Shown here in pieces: positions 22,095-31,362 of a stretch of DNA of 64,000 bases (position 1 is its first letter; every line of letters begins with the position of its first letter). Origin of the DNA: Oceanispirochaeta sp. (GTDB lineage: Bacteria; Spirochaetota; Spirochaetia; DSM-2461); contig CAXXOA010000002.1 of assembly GCA_963666275.2 (NCBI GenBank), positions 448,001 through 512,000 of the forward strand, in the 5' to 3' direction. Both the position numbers and the translations under genes were made by a program. A model generated the notes under the pieces. The model did not search any database, was not told the origin of the DNA, and saw nothing but the letters and a program-made list of their open reading frames with translations.

Positions 22095-22331
22095 TGTGAA
22101 TAATTTGTGGATAAAATATTTTATTTTCTTATTAGGATAGAAAATACTGACATAATTATTTATATAAATTTGATTTATTTTTCCACAGGGTTGTTAATAA
22201 AAAATATAATTACATATATCATAAAGATTTATTTACCATTTTTGAAGTATTAAGAATAAATGGCAATATTTTTTCAATTAGGTTCTTTTATCATTTATAC
22301 TATAGTATCAAGTATTTTAGAGTGTGGATAA
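22095..22331. promoter_or_regulatory. DnaA-box cluster in the AT-rich gyrB/dnaA divergent spacer (dnaA promoter / upstream half of a bipartite oriC)
   Basis: TGTGAATAA 22095, TGTGGATAA 22106, TTTTCCACA 22179, TGTTAATAA 22192 and TGTGGATAA 22323. Confidence 0.85.
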
Positions 22332-22357
22332 ACTGTTAACTGGAGACTATTTAATTC

Positions 22358-23719
22358 ATGAGCAAATACGATTACAGCATCTTCTGGGAAGAGACTATAA
22401 AACAGTTACGGGAAGAAAATGAAATTTCTGTACAGGAATTCAATATGTACTTTCAGAATATTCATTATGTGGATTCTACAAGCACTTCCATAGTTCTCAG
22501 TCTTCCCTCCAGATTTATTCAATCTCAGATAAAACAGCGCTACTCGAGTATTATTGAAGAAAGGCTGCTTGAGCTTTCCGGACTCAACCTTACGCTGGAT
22601 TTCAAAATTGAGAGTAAAAAGGTAAAAGAGTCAGAACCTAAAACTTCCGGTACAGTTCCGGAAACAGAAAATATAGAAGAAATACGGAAATCCCATCCCC
22701 AGCTAAGAAATGATTACAGTTTCAATACCTTTGTTGTGGGAAACAATAACTCCTTCGCTGCTAATGCTTCTAAAGCTATAGCCGAAAATCCGGGCTCTAA
22801 ATACAATCCCTGTCTTATATACGGGGGCGTTGGATTGGGTAAAACACATCTTATGCAGTCCATTGGTAATTATATTCATTACCATGATCCTTCCATGAAA
22901 GTTGTCTATATCCCTGCTGAAACATTTATTAATGATTTTATTGAATCTATAAATACAAAGAAGCAGACGAATTTCAAGAACAAATACAGAAATGTAGATG
23001 TTCTCCTTATAGATGATATTCATGACCTTCAGGACAAGAAGGGAACCCAGGAAGAGTTATTTCATACATTCAATGCTCTCTATGATGCCAATAAGCAGAT
23101 GGTCTTTACCTGTGACCGACCGCCTTCTGAGCTCAAAAACTTTGCAGACCGGCTGAAAAACAGGTTTGTAAGAGGACTGAACGTAGACCTTCATCCACCA
23201 AATTACGAAACCCGCTATGCCATTCTCCGTAAGAAGCTGGAAGATAAAGATGTCAGTATCTCAGATGAAATTCTGGAACTTATTAGTAAAAATATAAAAA
23301 CCAATATCAGAGATCTTGAAGCGGCCCTTACAAGTATTGTGGCCTATGCTGAACTGGTACAGAAAGAAATTACTCCGGAAATTGCCAATCAGCAACTGAA
23401 ACAGTTTTTCTCCTCACCCATTCAATCCAATATTACGATTGATAAAATTCAGAAACAGGTTTCTGACTACTTTAATGTGACTCTCAGTGACCTTAAAGGA
23501 AAGAAGAGAACAAAGCAGATTACCTTTCCCAGACAGATAGCCATGTATATCATCCGTGAAATTACTGATTTCTCGACTACAGAGATAGGATTGGAGTTCG
23601 GAGGAAGAGATCATACGACTGTTATGCACTCCTGCCAGAGAATAGAAGACAGAATGAAAACTGATTCTACCATTGAACCGACGATTCAGGAATTAATCCG
23701 TTCCATTAAAGAGACCTGA
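22358..23719 (+). CDS. dnaA: Chromosomal replication initiator DnaA
   Basis: YNPCLIYGGVGLGKTHL, LLIDDI, QEELFHTFN and domain IV (RQIAMY..IGLEFGGRDHTTVMH). Confidence 0.99.
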   Translation: MSKYDYSIFWEETIKQLREENEISVQEFNMYFQNIHYVDSTSTSIVLSLPSRFIQSQIKQRYSSIIEERLLELSGLNLTLDFKIESKKVKESEPKTSGTVPETENIEEIRKSHPQLRNDYSFNTFVVGNNNSFAANASKAIAENPGSKYNPCLIYGGVGLGKTHLMQSIGNYIHYHDPSMKVVYIPAETFINDFIESINTKKQTNFKNKYRNVDVLLIDDIHDLQDKKGTQEELFHTFNALYDANKQMVFTCDRPPSELKNFADRLKNRFVRGLNVDLHPPNYETRYAILRKKLEDKDVSISDEILELISKNIKTNIRDLEAALTSIVAYAELVQKEITPEIANQQLKQFFSSPIQSNITIDKIQKQVSDYFNVTLSDLKGKKRTKQITFPRQIAMYIIREITDFSTTEIGLEFGGRDHTTVMHSCQRIEDRMKTDSTIEPTIQELIRSIKET

Positions 23720-24054
23720 CAATCTGTGGATAATTCCCTTATAACTGACCGGTTATGGGCAATTATCCACAGAGGGACTCTATAAATTTGTTTTTTACTT
23801 TAACTTGTGGATAAACAGGTTGTATTTATCATCAGGATGTTAACAGGCTTAAATAGCTATAAAATAATGATATAAAAGGCTTTTCCACATATTAGAAGCC
23901 TCTACTATTACTATTACTGCATTAATTTATAAAGAATTGTAATAGAAGGAATTTATTCACTTGTGTAAAAGTTAATTTGTTCATAAAAATTAGGCTGTAC
24001 AACTGATAATTTATTTTTTATTATTTTAAGATACATATCACAGGGGACAAAAAA
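23720..24054. other. oriC: Replication origin oriC (dnaA-dnaN spacer) with DnaA boxes, DnaA-trios and AT-rich unwinding region
   Basis: TGTGGATAA 23725, TTATCCACA 23763, TGTGGATAA 23806 and TTTTCCACA 23881, then GCCT-CTA CTA TTA CTA TTA CTG (23902-23919) and an AT-rich tract. Confidence 0.85.
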
Positions 24055-25161
24055 ATGAGATTTATCTGCGATAAAAGCGTAATTGTTAAAGAAATATCTA
24101 TCGCTCAGGAAATCATTTCATCCAGAAATGCTCTTTCCATTCTTTCTAATGTACTTCTTGAAGCTGACAATGATTCTTTGGTTATTAAAGCGACAGATCT
24201 GAAGGTGGGATTTGAAACCAGAATTCCTGCCGTTGTAGAAGTCTCAGGCAGTACAACAGTATTTTGTGATAAATTCCTTGGAATACTGCGGTCTCTTCCG
24301 GATGGTGAGATTACCTTTGAACAGAATGAAAATGAAAGACTTAGTATTAAACCTTTGAATAAAAAGATCATGTTTGAGCTTAACTGCATTTCTGCAGAAA
24401 AATTTCCTGAACTTCAGAGCATAAATGATGAAAGCTATTTTGAAATTTCCCAGGAAATGTTCAACAACATGATAGCCCAGACCATCTTTTCCATTTCCGT
24501 TGATGAGGCTAGATACTTCATGAACGGTGTCTATATGGAGAAAAGTGAAGATTCTCTTCTCATGGTGGCAACAGACGGCAGAAGGCTTTCCTACATAGGT
24601 GTAAAACCCGACACTGAGATTCAGGACTTTAACGGGATCATAATTCCTCCGAAAATTCTGAATCTCATCAAAAAATTATCATCAGGAGAGGGAAATCTTT
24701 CTCTGTCGGTTACTGATAAGACCATTTTTGTGAAATTTGATAACCAGAAGATCTCATCTACACTGATTGAAGGACAGTTCCCTAATTTCAACAGGGTTAT
24801 TCCGGATTCCCAGGATTACAATGTTGTCCTATCCCGGTCATCTGTGAATGAGGCTTTGAAACGTGTTTCTCTTCTGGCTGAACAGAAATCGAAACGGATC
24901 TATATGACTTTTTCTGAAGGAAATCTCAATCTGAAATCCGAAGAGAGTGAAATCGGTATGGCAGATGAGGATATTCCCTGTGACTATACGGGAGAGGAAA
25001 TTCGTCTTGCTGTGAACTACATCTATCTGATGGATCCTCTCAAGGTGATCAAAGAGGACAATCTCCTTATCCAGTTTACAGAACCCAACAGGGCCGTCAC
25101 AATGAAATGCGAACCCGAAGGGGACTATTTTCATATTATCATGCCCATGCAGATGGACTGA
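24055..25161 (+). CDS. dnaN: DNA polymerase III beta sliding clamp
   Basis: ILSNVLL..IKATDL, MVATDGRRLS, LIEGQFPNFNRVIP and IIMPM. Follows dnaA. Confidence 0.98.
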   Translation: MRFICDKSVIVKEISIAQEIISSRNALSILSNVLLEADNDSLVIKATDLKVGFETRIPAVVEVSGSTTVFCDKFLGILRSLPDGEITFEQNENERLSIKPLNKKIMFELNCISAEKFPELQSINDESYFEISQEMFNNMIAQTIFSISVDEARYFMNGVYMEKSEDSLLMVATDGRRLSYIGVKPDTEIQDFNGIIIPPKILNLIKKLSSGEGNLSLSVTDKTIFVKFDNQKISSTLIEGQFPNFNRVIPDSQDYNVVLSRSSVNEALKRVSLLAEQKSKRIYMTFSEGNLNLKSEESEIGMADEDIPCDYTGEEIRLAVNYIYLMDPLKVIKEDNLLIQFTEPNRAVTMKCEPEGDYFHIIMPMQMD

Positions 25162-25164
25162 TAG

Positions 25165-26250
25165 TTGGGTTTTGAGTCTGTAAAATTCCGCTCTTTCAGG
25201 AATCTGGAAGAGCAGGAGTTAGATCTTTCTCACAAAATAATCTATTTAGTTGGAAAAAACGGTCAGGGAAAGACAAATTTCCTCGAACTGATCTATTACC
25301 TGTGCTATGCCTCATCATTCCGAACCAAAAATGAGAAAATTCTGATCAGTGACAGATCGGAAAATTTTCATCTTGCTGCCAAGTTCAAAAAGAAAGAAGA
25401 TTTTATTCCCGATACAATAGATATTTACCTTGATCCGCATCAGAAAAAAATAAAACTCAACGGTAAAAATGTTACAGATAGAAAAGATATTGTCAGTAAT
25501 TTTCCCTGTGTCGTCTTCTGTCATAACGATCTGTATTTTGTTAATGGAAGTCCAGATAAGAAAAGGGTTTATATGGATCAGTGTATTAGTTTGAATGATC
25601 CTCTTTTTATCAATCATCTGAGGAATTATAAAAAAATACTGAAAGAGAGAAATATCCTCCTGAAGACAAAGCAGAAAAGAATGCTTGAAGTCTATACAGA
25701 AAGGTTGATAGAAACCGGTTCTCCCATCATGAAGAAACGGGGAGAACTTATTAATTTTCTCAATAAAAATTTTAACACCATCTATCAGAGCATTACTGGA
25801 CTGGATATTGAATTGACTCTTCAGTACAAAAGTTCCTGGAAACTCAAAGAGAAAAATGAAATTCTGGAGGAAATCCGGAAAAAGGAAGAGAAAGAGCTGA
25901 TTTACGGCCTTACTCTTTCGGGACCCCATAGGGATTCTTTTTCAATTATCTACAGAAATTCTGATTATTTGAATTATGCTTCCACCGGACAGTTGAGGAT
26001 AATCTCTCTTATTCTGAGAATTCTTCAATCTCAATACTATAGAATGTCCACTGGAAGGATGCCTGTATTGCTGGTAGATGATGTTCTCCTGGAGCTGGAT
26101 CAGGAGAAAAGAGTGAAAATGATGAACTATTTTCCTGAATATGAACAAATTTTTTATACTTTCCTGACAGATGATATGATCAGTTCATCCTCTGATTCCA
26201 TCTGTTATACTGTAGAAAATGGCCATTTTGGAGTAAAACAACATGGATAA
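25165..26250 (+). CDS. recF: DNA replication/repair protein RecF
   Basis: FRNL, GKNGQGKTNFLE, GPHRD, ASTGQ and LLVDDVLLELD. TTG start. Confidence 0.95.
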   Translation: MGFESVKFRSFRNLEEQELDLSHKIIYLVGKNGQGKTNFLELIYYLCYASSFRTKNEKILISDRSENFHLAAKFKKKEDFIPDTIDIYLDPHQKKIKLNGKNVTDRKDIVSNFPCVVFCHNDLYFVNGSPDKKRVYMDQCISLNDPLFINHLRNYKKILKERNILLKTKQKRMLEVYTERLIETGSPIMKKRGELINFLNKNFNTIYQSITGLDIELTLQYKSSWKLKEKNEILEEIRKKEEKELIYGLTLSGPHRDSFSIIYRNSDYLNYASTGQLRIISLILRILQSQYYRMSTGRMPVLLVDDVLLELDQEKRVKMMNYFPEYEQIFYTFLTDDMISSSSDSICYTVENGHFGVKQHG

Positions 26251-26689
26251 AGCTGAAGATATCATTTCTGAAATTTTCGGTTCAAAACTGGATGGGAGAC
26301 TGACTGAAATTCCACATGTTTTAAAAAACTGGAAGAAAATTCTGATAGATGAGCGCTTAGCGGATCACTGTAAATTTGAGGACGTTACTGAAAATCAGCT
26401 TGTCGTCTCTTTTGATCATCAGGGCTGGATACAGGTTTTCAAAATGCAGCAGAGACAGATTCTGTCCAATTTTAACAGATATTTTAAAGGTGATAGTAAA
26501 ATCACTTCTGTCAGAATGCTTATGAGAGCCGATATTGAATCCTATCGGAGCAGCGGGAAAAACAGGAAGGTGAGAGAAATTTCGAAAGAAGAAAGGGAGT
26601 ATTCTGCCCCTGCCAGTATTGAATCGATTCAGGATAGCGATTTGCGGCAAGGCCTTGAAAATCTCAGGAAAAAACTACAAGGCAAATAA
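26243..26689 (+). CDS. dciA: DUF721/DciA family helicase-loading factor
   Basis: Directly after recF, with the DUF721 pattern WKKI..LADH..LVVSFDHQGWIQ. Confidence 0.75.
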   Translation: MDKAEDIISEIFGSKLDGRLTEIPHVLKNWKKILIDERLADHCKFEDVTENQLVVSFDHQGWIQVFKMQQRQILSNFNRYFKGDSKITSVRMLMRADIESYRSSGKNRKVREISKEEREYSAPASIESIQDSDLRQGLENLRKKLQGK

Positions 26690-26696
26690 TTGAGAG

Positions 26697-26725
26697 TTGA
26701 CATACTTTACTCTTATCCGTATATT
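26697..26725 (+). promoter_or_regulatory. Sigma-70 promoter of the rpmH operon
   Basis: TTGACA-N17-TATATT, with AGGAG SD downstream. Confidence 0.7.
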
Positions 26726-26767
26726 AAGCACACTAAAAAGAATTGACTACATTTAGGAGTTATATAT

Positions 26768-26923
26768 ATGAAAAGGACTTATCAGCCCAGTAAAACCAAA
26801 AGAAATAGAAAATTCGGATTCAGAGCAAGAATGAAAACCAAATCAGGTAGAGCAGTACTTGCAAGAAGAAGAAGAAAAGGCAGAAAAAAATTGTCTATCA
26901 CAGATGAAAAGAAGCCTTACTAA
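26768..26923 (+). CDS. rpmH: 50S ribosomal protein L34 (not in the ORF track, 51 aa)
   Basis: Translated by hand: [51 protein letters not shown]. Confidence 0.97.
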   Translation: MKRTYQPSKTKRNRKFGFRARMKTKSGRAVLARRRRKGRKKLSITDEKKPY

Positions 26924-27242
26924 AAAAGAAATTCTTAGGAAAAAAACTGATCTAAAAAAAATCTTTGCTTCCGCTAGTATTGCAAAATGCAGGGGGGCAA
27001 AGATTTTATTTTTGCAAAATTCATTACCATATAACAGATTTGCTGTGGCCCTGGTCAGAAAATATGGTAATTCGATCGAGAGAAATTATTCGAAAAGAAT
27101 TTTAAGAGAAATTTACCGGTTGGAAAAAGAACAGCTTAAAAGTTCTTTTGATATTGTTATCGTTCTGTATCCCGGTGATTATTCGTATTGGAACAGATAT
27201 GATCAGTTTAAGAAACTGGTCAAAAGAGCGAATCTTGTTTAG
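26904..27242 (+). CDS. rnpA: Ribonuclease P protein component
   Basis: [28 protein letters not shown] (RNR-like motif). Start reassigned to ATG 26904, overlapping rpmH. Confidence 0.92.
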   Translation: MKRSLTKKEILRKKTDLKKIFASASIAKCRGAKILFLQNSLPYNRFAVALVRKYGNSIERNYSKRILREIYRLEKEQLKSSFDIVIVLYPGDYSYWNRYDQFKKLVKRANLV

Positions 27243-27468
27243 AATCATTAATTGGATTATAAATAAACTCTTAATATTTCTAGTATTAATTTATAAAAAG
27301 ATAATATCACCCTGGTTACCAAGATCATGCAGGTTTTATCCAACCTGTTCATCATACGCATTGGATGCTTTAAAAAAATATGGACCCTGGAAGGGGATAT
27401 ATCTGTCATTTAAACGTATTATCCGATGTCATCCTGGGAATCCCGGTGGATATGACCCTCTACCATGA
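27199..27468 (+). CDS. yidD: Membrane protein insertion efficiency factor YidD
   Basis: ISPWLPRSCRFYPTCSSYA..RIIRCHPGNPGGYDPLP. Start uncertain. Confidence 0.92.
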   Translation: MISLRNWSKERILFRIINWIINKLLIFLVLIYKKIISPWLPRSCRFYPTCSSYALDALKKYGPWKGIYLSFKRIIRCHPGNPGGYDPLP

Positions 27469-27487
27469 CTAATTTTTGGGAGTTGAA

Positions 27488-29224
27488 ATGGATAAGAATA
27501 CATTTCTTGCTATTCTATTATCGGTAATTGTTATTTCTGTAGGTTTTTTTGTCCAAACAACCTTTTTTATGCCAGAAGAAGGAATTCCTGAAGCTGCAGT
27601 TACAGAAGAGAGTAATGTTGTTCAAGAAGAGTCTTCCATAGAAGATCAAACGGCACTTTCTTCCACTGAAGAAGTGGCACTGATTGATGAAGGTCTTGAA
27701 GAAAGCAATTACAAATCTGAAATAATTGAAGTAGAAACTGATAAGTTTATTGTTCGATTCAATACAGATGGTGCAGTTATCACATCCATGAAGCTGAAAG
27801 ATCACATGGATGGAGATTCGGAAGTTGATATGATTCTGAATCAGGATACTGGCCTGGGTTCTTTCGGAATGGCTTTCGGACAGAATTTCGATACCTATCT
27901 TAATGATACATTTCAGTATATTCCTGATGAGAGCAATGGAACCTACAGCTTTGTCAGGGATTTCAGAATAAGAATGGCAGATGGTTCCGTCAGCAATCCT
28001 TTCAGAGTCGAGAAAAAATTCATATTCTTTCCTGATGAATACCTTTTTGAAGTCAGAATCAATATTATCAATTCTGAGAATGTTGTACTTCCTATAAATA
28101 GCAACAACCAGGCCTATACCCTTTCAGTGGGTCCCCAGATCGGACCCGAGTTCACAAAGCTTGACGGCAGAAATGAATATAGAAAATATTACTCCCTTTC
28201 CGGAGACAAAAGAACCAACCATAAACTGAAAGATAATTTCGAAGAGGTTACCGAACAGGTTAAATGGGGGGGAATCATAGGTAAATATTTTACGATTCTG
28301 GGAGTCCCGGGTTCCGGTGTTTCCAAACTGGCATGGTCCAACTCAGCTGTTGCAGGGATGGATGAGTCCTCCCGGATGTTTTTTGTCCGTTCCGAGATTA
28401 GTAAGGCCAAGACTGAAGATGTCTACCGTTTTTACGTAGGCCCTAAAAATATTAAAAGCCTGGCTTCCTATAACAACTCCATGGATAATCCTTTCGGCTT
28501 TTCAGACATGTATATGGACAAGGCTGTAGATTCCTCATCCTGGTTGGGTTGGCTGGAATTTATCCTCAAATTCATCCTGGAAACATTTTACAAGCTTATA
28601 CCGAACTACGGTGTAGCTATTATTCTGCTTACAATTCTGATTAAGCTTTTACTTTTTCCGATCACACACAAGAGTTATGAGTCCACAGGTAAAATGCAGA
28701 GCATTCAGCCTAAAGTAAAAGAAATTCAGACTACATATAAAAATGACCCCAATAAAATGAATAAGGAGATGGCTGACCTCTATAAAAAAGAGGGAGTTAA
28801 TCCTATGGGCGGTTGTCTGCCGCTTATGGCGCAGATGCCAATTTTTATTGCTTTATATGGTCTTTTGAATAAGTATTTTGATCTAAGGGGTGCCGTATTT
28901 ATCAAGGGATGGATAACAGACCTTTCAGCACCTGAGTCTATATGGAATTTTGGGAATTTCACTTTGCCGATTCTCGGCTGGAATGACCTGAGACTGCTTC
29001 CCATGCTTTATCTGGGAACTCAGCTTCTTATGACGAAGTTTACTCAGGCACCATCCGGTGGCGGACAAAATGCCATGCAGACAAAAATGCTTACTCTCGG
29101 TATGCCTATTATGTTCTTCTTTATCCTGTATGATATGCCTTCAGGTCTTTTATTATACTGGACTGTTACCAATGTTCTTACGGCTGTACAGCAGGCGTTT
29201 ATTAACAGGAAGAATAAAAAATAG
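27488..29224 (+). CDS. yidC: Membrane protein insertase YidC
   Basis: N-terminal TM, large periplasmic domain, NYGVAIILLT, GVNPMGGCLP, WITDLSAP and PSGLLLYW. GGAG SD before ATG 27488. Confidence 0.97.
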   Translation: MDKNTFLAILLSVIVISVGFFVQTTFFMPEEGIPEAAVTEESNVVQEESSIEDQTALSSTEEVALIDEGLEESNYKSEIIEVETDKFIVRFNTDGAVITSMKLKDHMDGDSEVDMILNQDTGLGSFGMAFGQNFDTYLNDTFQYIPDESNGTYSFVRDFRIRMADGSVSNPFRVEKKFIFFPDEYLFEVRINIINSENVVLPINSNNQAYTLSVGPQIGPEFTKLDGRNEYRKYYSLSGDKRTNHKLKDNFEEVTEQVKWGGIIGKYFTILGVPGSGVSKLAWSNSAVAGMDESSRMFFVRSEISKAKTEDVYRFYVGPKNIKSLASYNNSMDNPFGFSDMYMDKAVDSSSWLGWLEFILKFILETFYKLIPNYGVAIILLTILIKLLLFPITHKSYESTGKMQSIQPKVKEIQTTYKNDPNKMNKEMADLYKKEGVNPMGGCLPLMAQMPIFIALYGLLNKYFDLRGAVFIKGWITDLSAPESIWNFGNFTLPILGWNDLRLLPMLYLGTQLLMTKFTQAPSGGGQNAMQTKMLTLGMPIMFFFILYDMPSGLLLYWTVTNVLTAVQQAFINRKNKK

Positions 29225-29280
29225 GTCTTATACCCGGGTAGGCTCCTGATTTAGTAATTTCGTTAACCAGGAGATATTTT

Positions 29281-29961
29281 ATGGTAAAAGAATATGAAGG
29301 AAAAACAGAAAGGGAGGCAATTGAAAAAGCAGCAGCTGATCTTGGTCTTGAGCAGGATCAATTTGATGTTGAAATTGTAGAATCAGAACAGCATGGTTTC
29401 TTTTTCAAGAGAGGTATTGTAAAGATTCGCGTCCATCTCAACGATGGACAGGATAAAAGTTCTGTTTCTGAGAAAAAATCAATTGCACCCTCCGGGGATA
29501 TTGAAACAAGTTTAATTGCTTTTCTTGAAAAGGTTATTGAACTGATGGGTTATCCCGGGGAAGTTAGCATCAGCTTCAGAAATGAAGATAAAGTAGGTTT
29601 GGATATTAAATCCTCCCATTCAGCCATACTTATTGGAAAAAAAGGGAAGAATCTTGATGCTCTTCAGATGCTTGTAAATGTTTACGCCAGTAAAATGGGC
29701 GGAAATGACTATACAGGTAAAATTATTATTGATACGGAAAATTACAGGCAGAGACGGGAGGAAAATCTTATCCGTCTGGCAAATAAGACTGCTGACCAGG
29801 TTTGCAAGTCAAAGTCTTCCAAACTTCTGGAACCAATGAATCCTTTCGAAAGGAGACTGGTACATATGGCTTTAAATGAGAAAGATGAAGTCATTACAAA
29901 AAGTGAAGGGGAAGGACTGTATAAACAGGTAAGAATTATTTACAAGGGAAGCAATCAGTAA
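29281..29961 (+). CDS. jag: Jag/EloR/KhpB RNA-binding protein (Jag_N, KH, R3H)
   Basis: EGKTEREAI, KH motif LIGKKGKNLDALQ and R3H motif MNPFERRLVH. Confidence 0.94.
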   Translation: MVKEYEGKTEREAIEKAAADLGLEQDQFDVEIVESEQHGFFFKRGIVKIRVHLNDGQDKSSVSEKKSIAPSGDIETSLIAFLEKVIELMGYPGEVSISFRNEDKVGLDIKSSHSAILIGKKGKNLDALQMLVNVYASKMGGNDYTGKIIIDTENYRQRREENLIRLANKTADQVCKSKSSKLLEPMNPFERRLVHMALNEKDEVITKSEGEGLYKQVRIIYKGSNQ

Positions 29962-29977
29962 ATATAATAATGACTTT

Positions 29978-30014
29978 AAAAAAAAGGGTTAACCATTCCG
30001 GTTAACCCTTTTTT
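29978..30014. terminator. Bidirectional terminator between jag and thrC
   Basis: A8-GGGTTAACC-attcc-GGTTAACCC-T6. Confidence 0.88.
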
Positions 30015-30015
30015 A

Positions 30016-31320
30016 TTATGAAAACATCCTATGGAGTGTCTGTTTCAGATCATCCAGAGTATTTCCAATAAGTGATGATACTTTCTCTTTATCTTTTACT
30101 TCCAGAAGGGACTCAGGAAGCACAGGATCGTGTCCAACTGCTTTCTTGAATACTTCCCTGAATTTACCGGGATGAGCCGTAGAAAGGACAGTAACATTGG
30201 AATTCGGGTTGTTTTCAAGGTATGTCCTGGCAGCTTTGATTCCAACTGCAGTGTGTGGGCATATTTCATATTTATAATCGGTATAGATCTGCTTCATTGT
30301 ATTAAGTGTCATTTCATCATCGATAAAAAATCCCTGAATATCAGCCCTCATTTTATCAATATCATTGCTGTATAGGGTCTGCATCCGCTCAAAATTACTG
30401 GGAGAACCCACATCCATAGCATTGGAATAGGTCTGAACGGAGGGACGGGGAGTATAAATTCCGGATTCCAGATATTGGGGAATAACATCATTTCTATTTG
30501 TGGAAGCCAGGAAAGTTCTGATAGGGAGGCCCCACTTTTTGGCATATAGTCCGGCAGTGAGATTCCCGAAATTTCCACTGGGTACGCAGAAGACAGGATC
30601 AGATATATTCTGACTTTTTAACTGTGAATAGGCCCATATATAGTAGAAGGACTGGGGAATCAGGCGTCCAAGATTGATAGAATTGGCAGAGGTAAGATTG
30701 ATATTTTTCAATTCCCTGTCCTGAAAAGCCTCTTTGACCATTTTCTGACAGTCATCAAAGGAACCTTCCACCTCAAGGGCATGGATATTTTTTCCCAGAG
30801 TTGTCATCTGCTTCTCCTGCAGAGGACTTATCCTTCCTTTTGGATAGAGTATGACAACATCAATATTTTCCTTGCCGAAAAAAGCCTTGGCAACAGCACT
30901 TCCCGTATCTCCGGACGTAGCGGTCAATATAACAGCTCTTTCAGAGTTTGTTTTCAGAAAATATTCCATTGACGCAGCCAGAAAAGAGGCACCGAAATCT
31001 TTAAAGGCCGAACTGGGACCGTGAAAAAGTTCGAGGATCTGAAGATTATCCTGAAGTTGTTTCATCACTGGGACAAAATGGAAGGCGTTTTGAACGAGAT
31101 TTTCAGAATCCTTCTCAGAAATTTCATCGCTTAGAAGGGTATAGATAAGGGAGGACGCTATTTTATTAAAAGGGGTATCTGCCGTAAAGCTTGAAAAAAG
31201 GTCTTTCATATCAGGAAATTCTGTAGGATAGAAAAGTCCGCCATCCGGGGCTAACCCCTGAAACAGGGCCTCCTGGAATGACATCCTGATCGATTTATCT
31301 CTGGTACTGGCAAATTGCAT
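30016..31320 (-). CDS. thrC: Threonine synthase
   Basis: GLAPDGGL, LELFHGPSSAFKDFG (PLP lysine), ATSGDTGSAVA, SANSINLGRL and PSGNFGN. Confidence 0.96.
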   Translation of the reverse strand: MQFASTRDKSIRMSFQEALFQGLAPDGGLFYPTEFPDMKDLFSSFTADTPFNKIASSLIYTLLSDEISEKDSENLVQNAFHFVPVMKQLQDNLQILELFHGPSSAFKDFGASFLAASMEYFLKTNSERAVILTATSGDTGSAVAKAFFGKENIDVVILYPKGRISPLQEKQMTTLGKNIHALEVEGSFDDCQKMVKEAFQDRELKNINLTSANSINLGRLIPQSFYYIWAYSQLKSQNISDPVFCVPSGNFGNLTAGLYAKKWGLPIRTFLASTNRNDVIPQYLESGIYTPRPSVQTYSNAMDVGSPSNFERMQTLYSNDIDKMRADIQGFFIDDEMTLNTMKQIYTDYKYEICPHTAVGIKAARTYLENNPNSNVTVLSTAHPGKFREVFKKAVGHDPVLPESLLEVKDKEKVSSLIGNTLDDLKQTLHRMFS

Positions 31321-31362
31321 TATGACTCCTCTGGATTACTGTGATGTATTTAAAAAATACAT

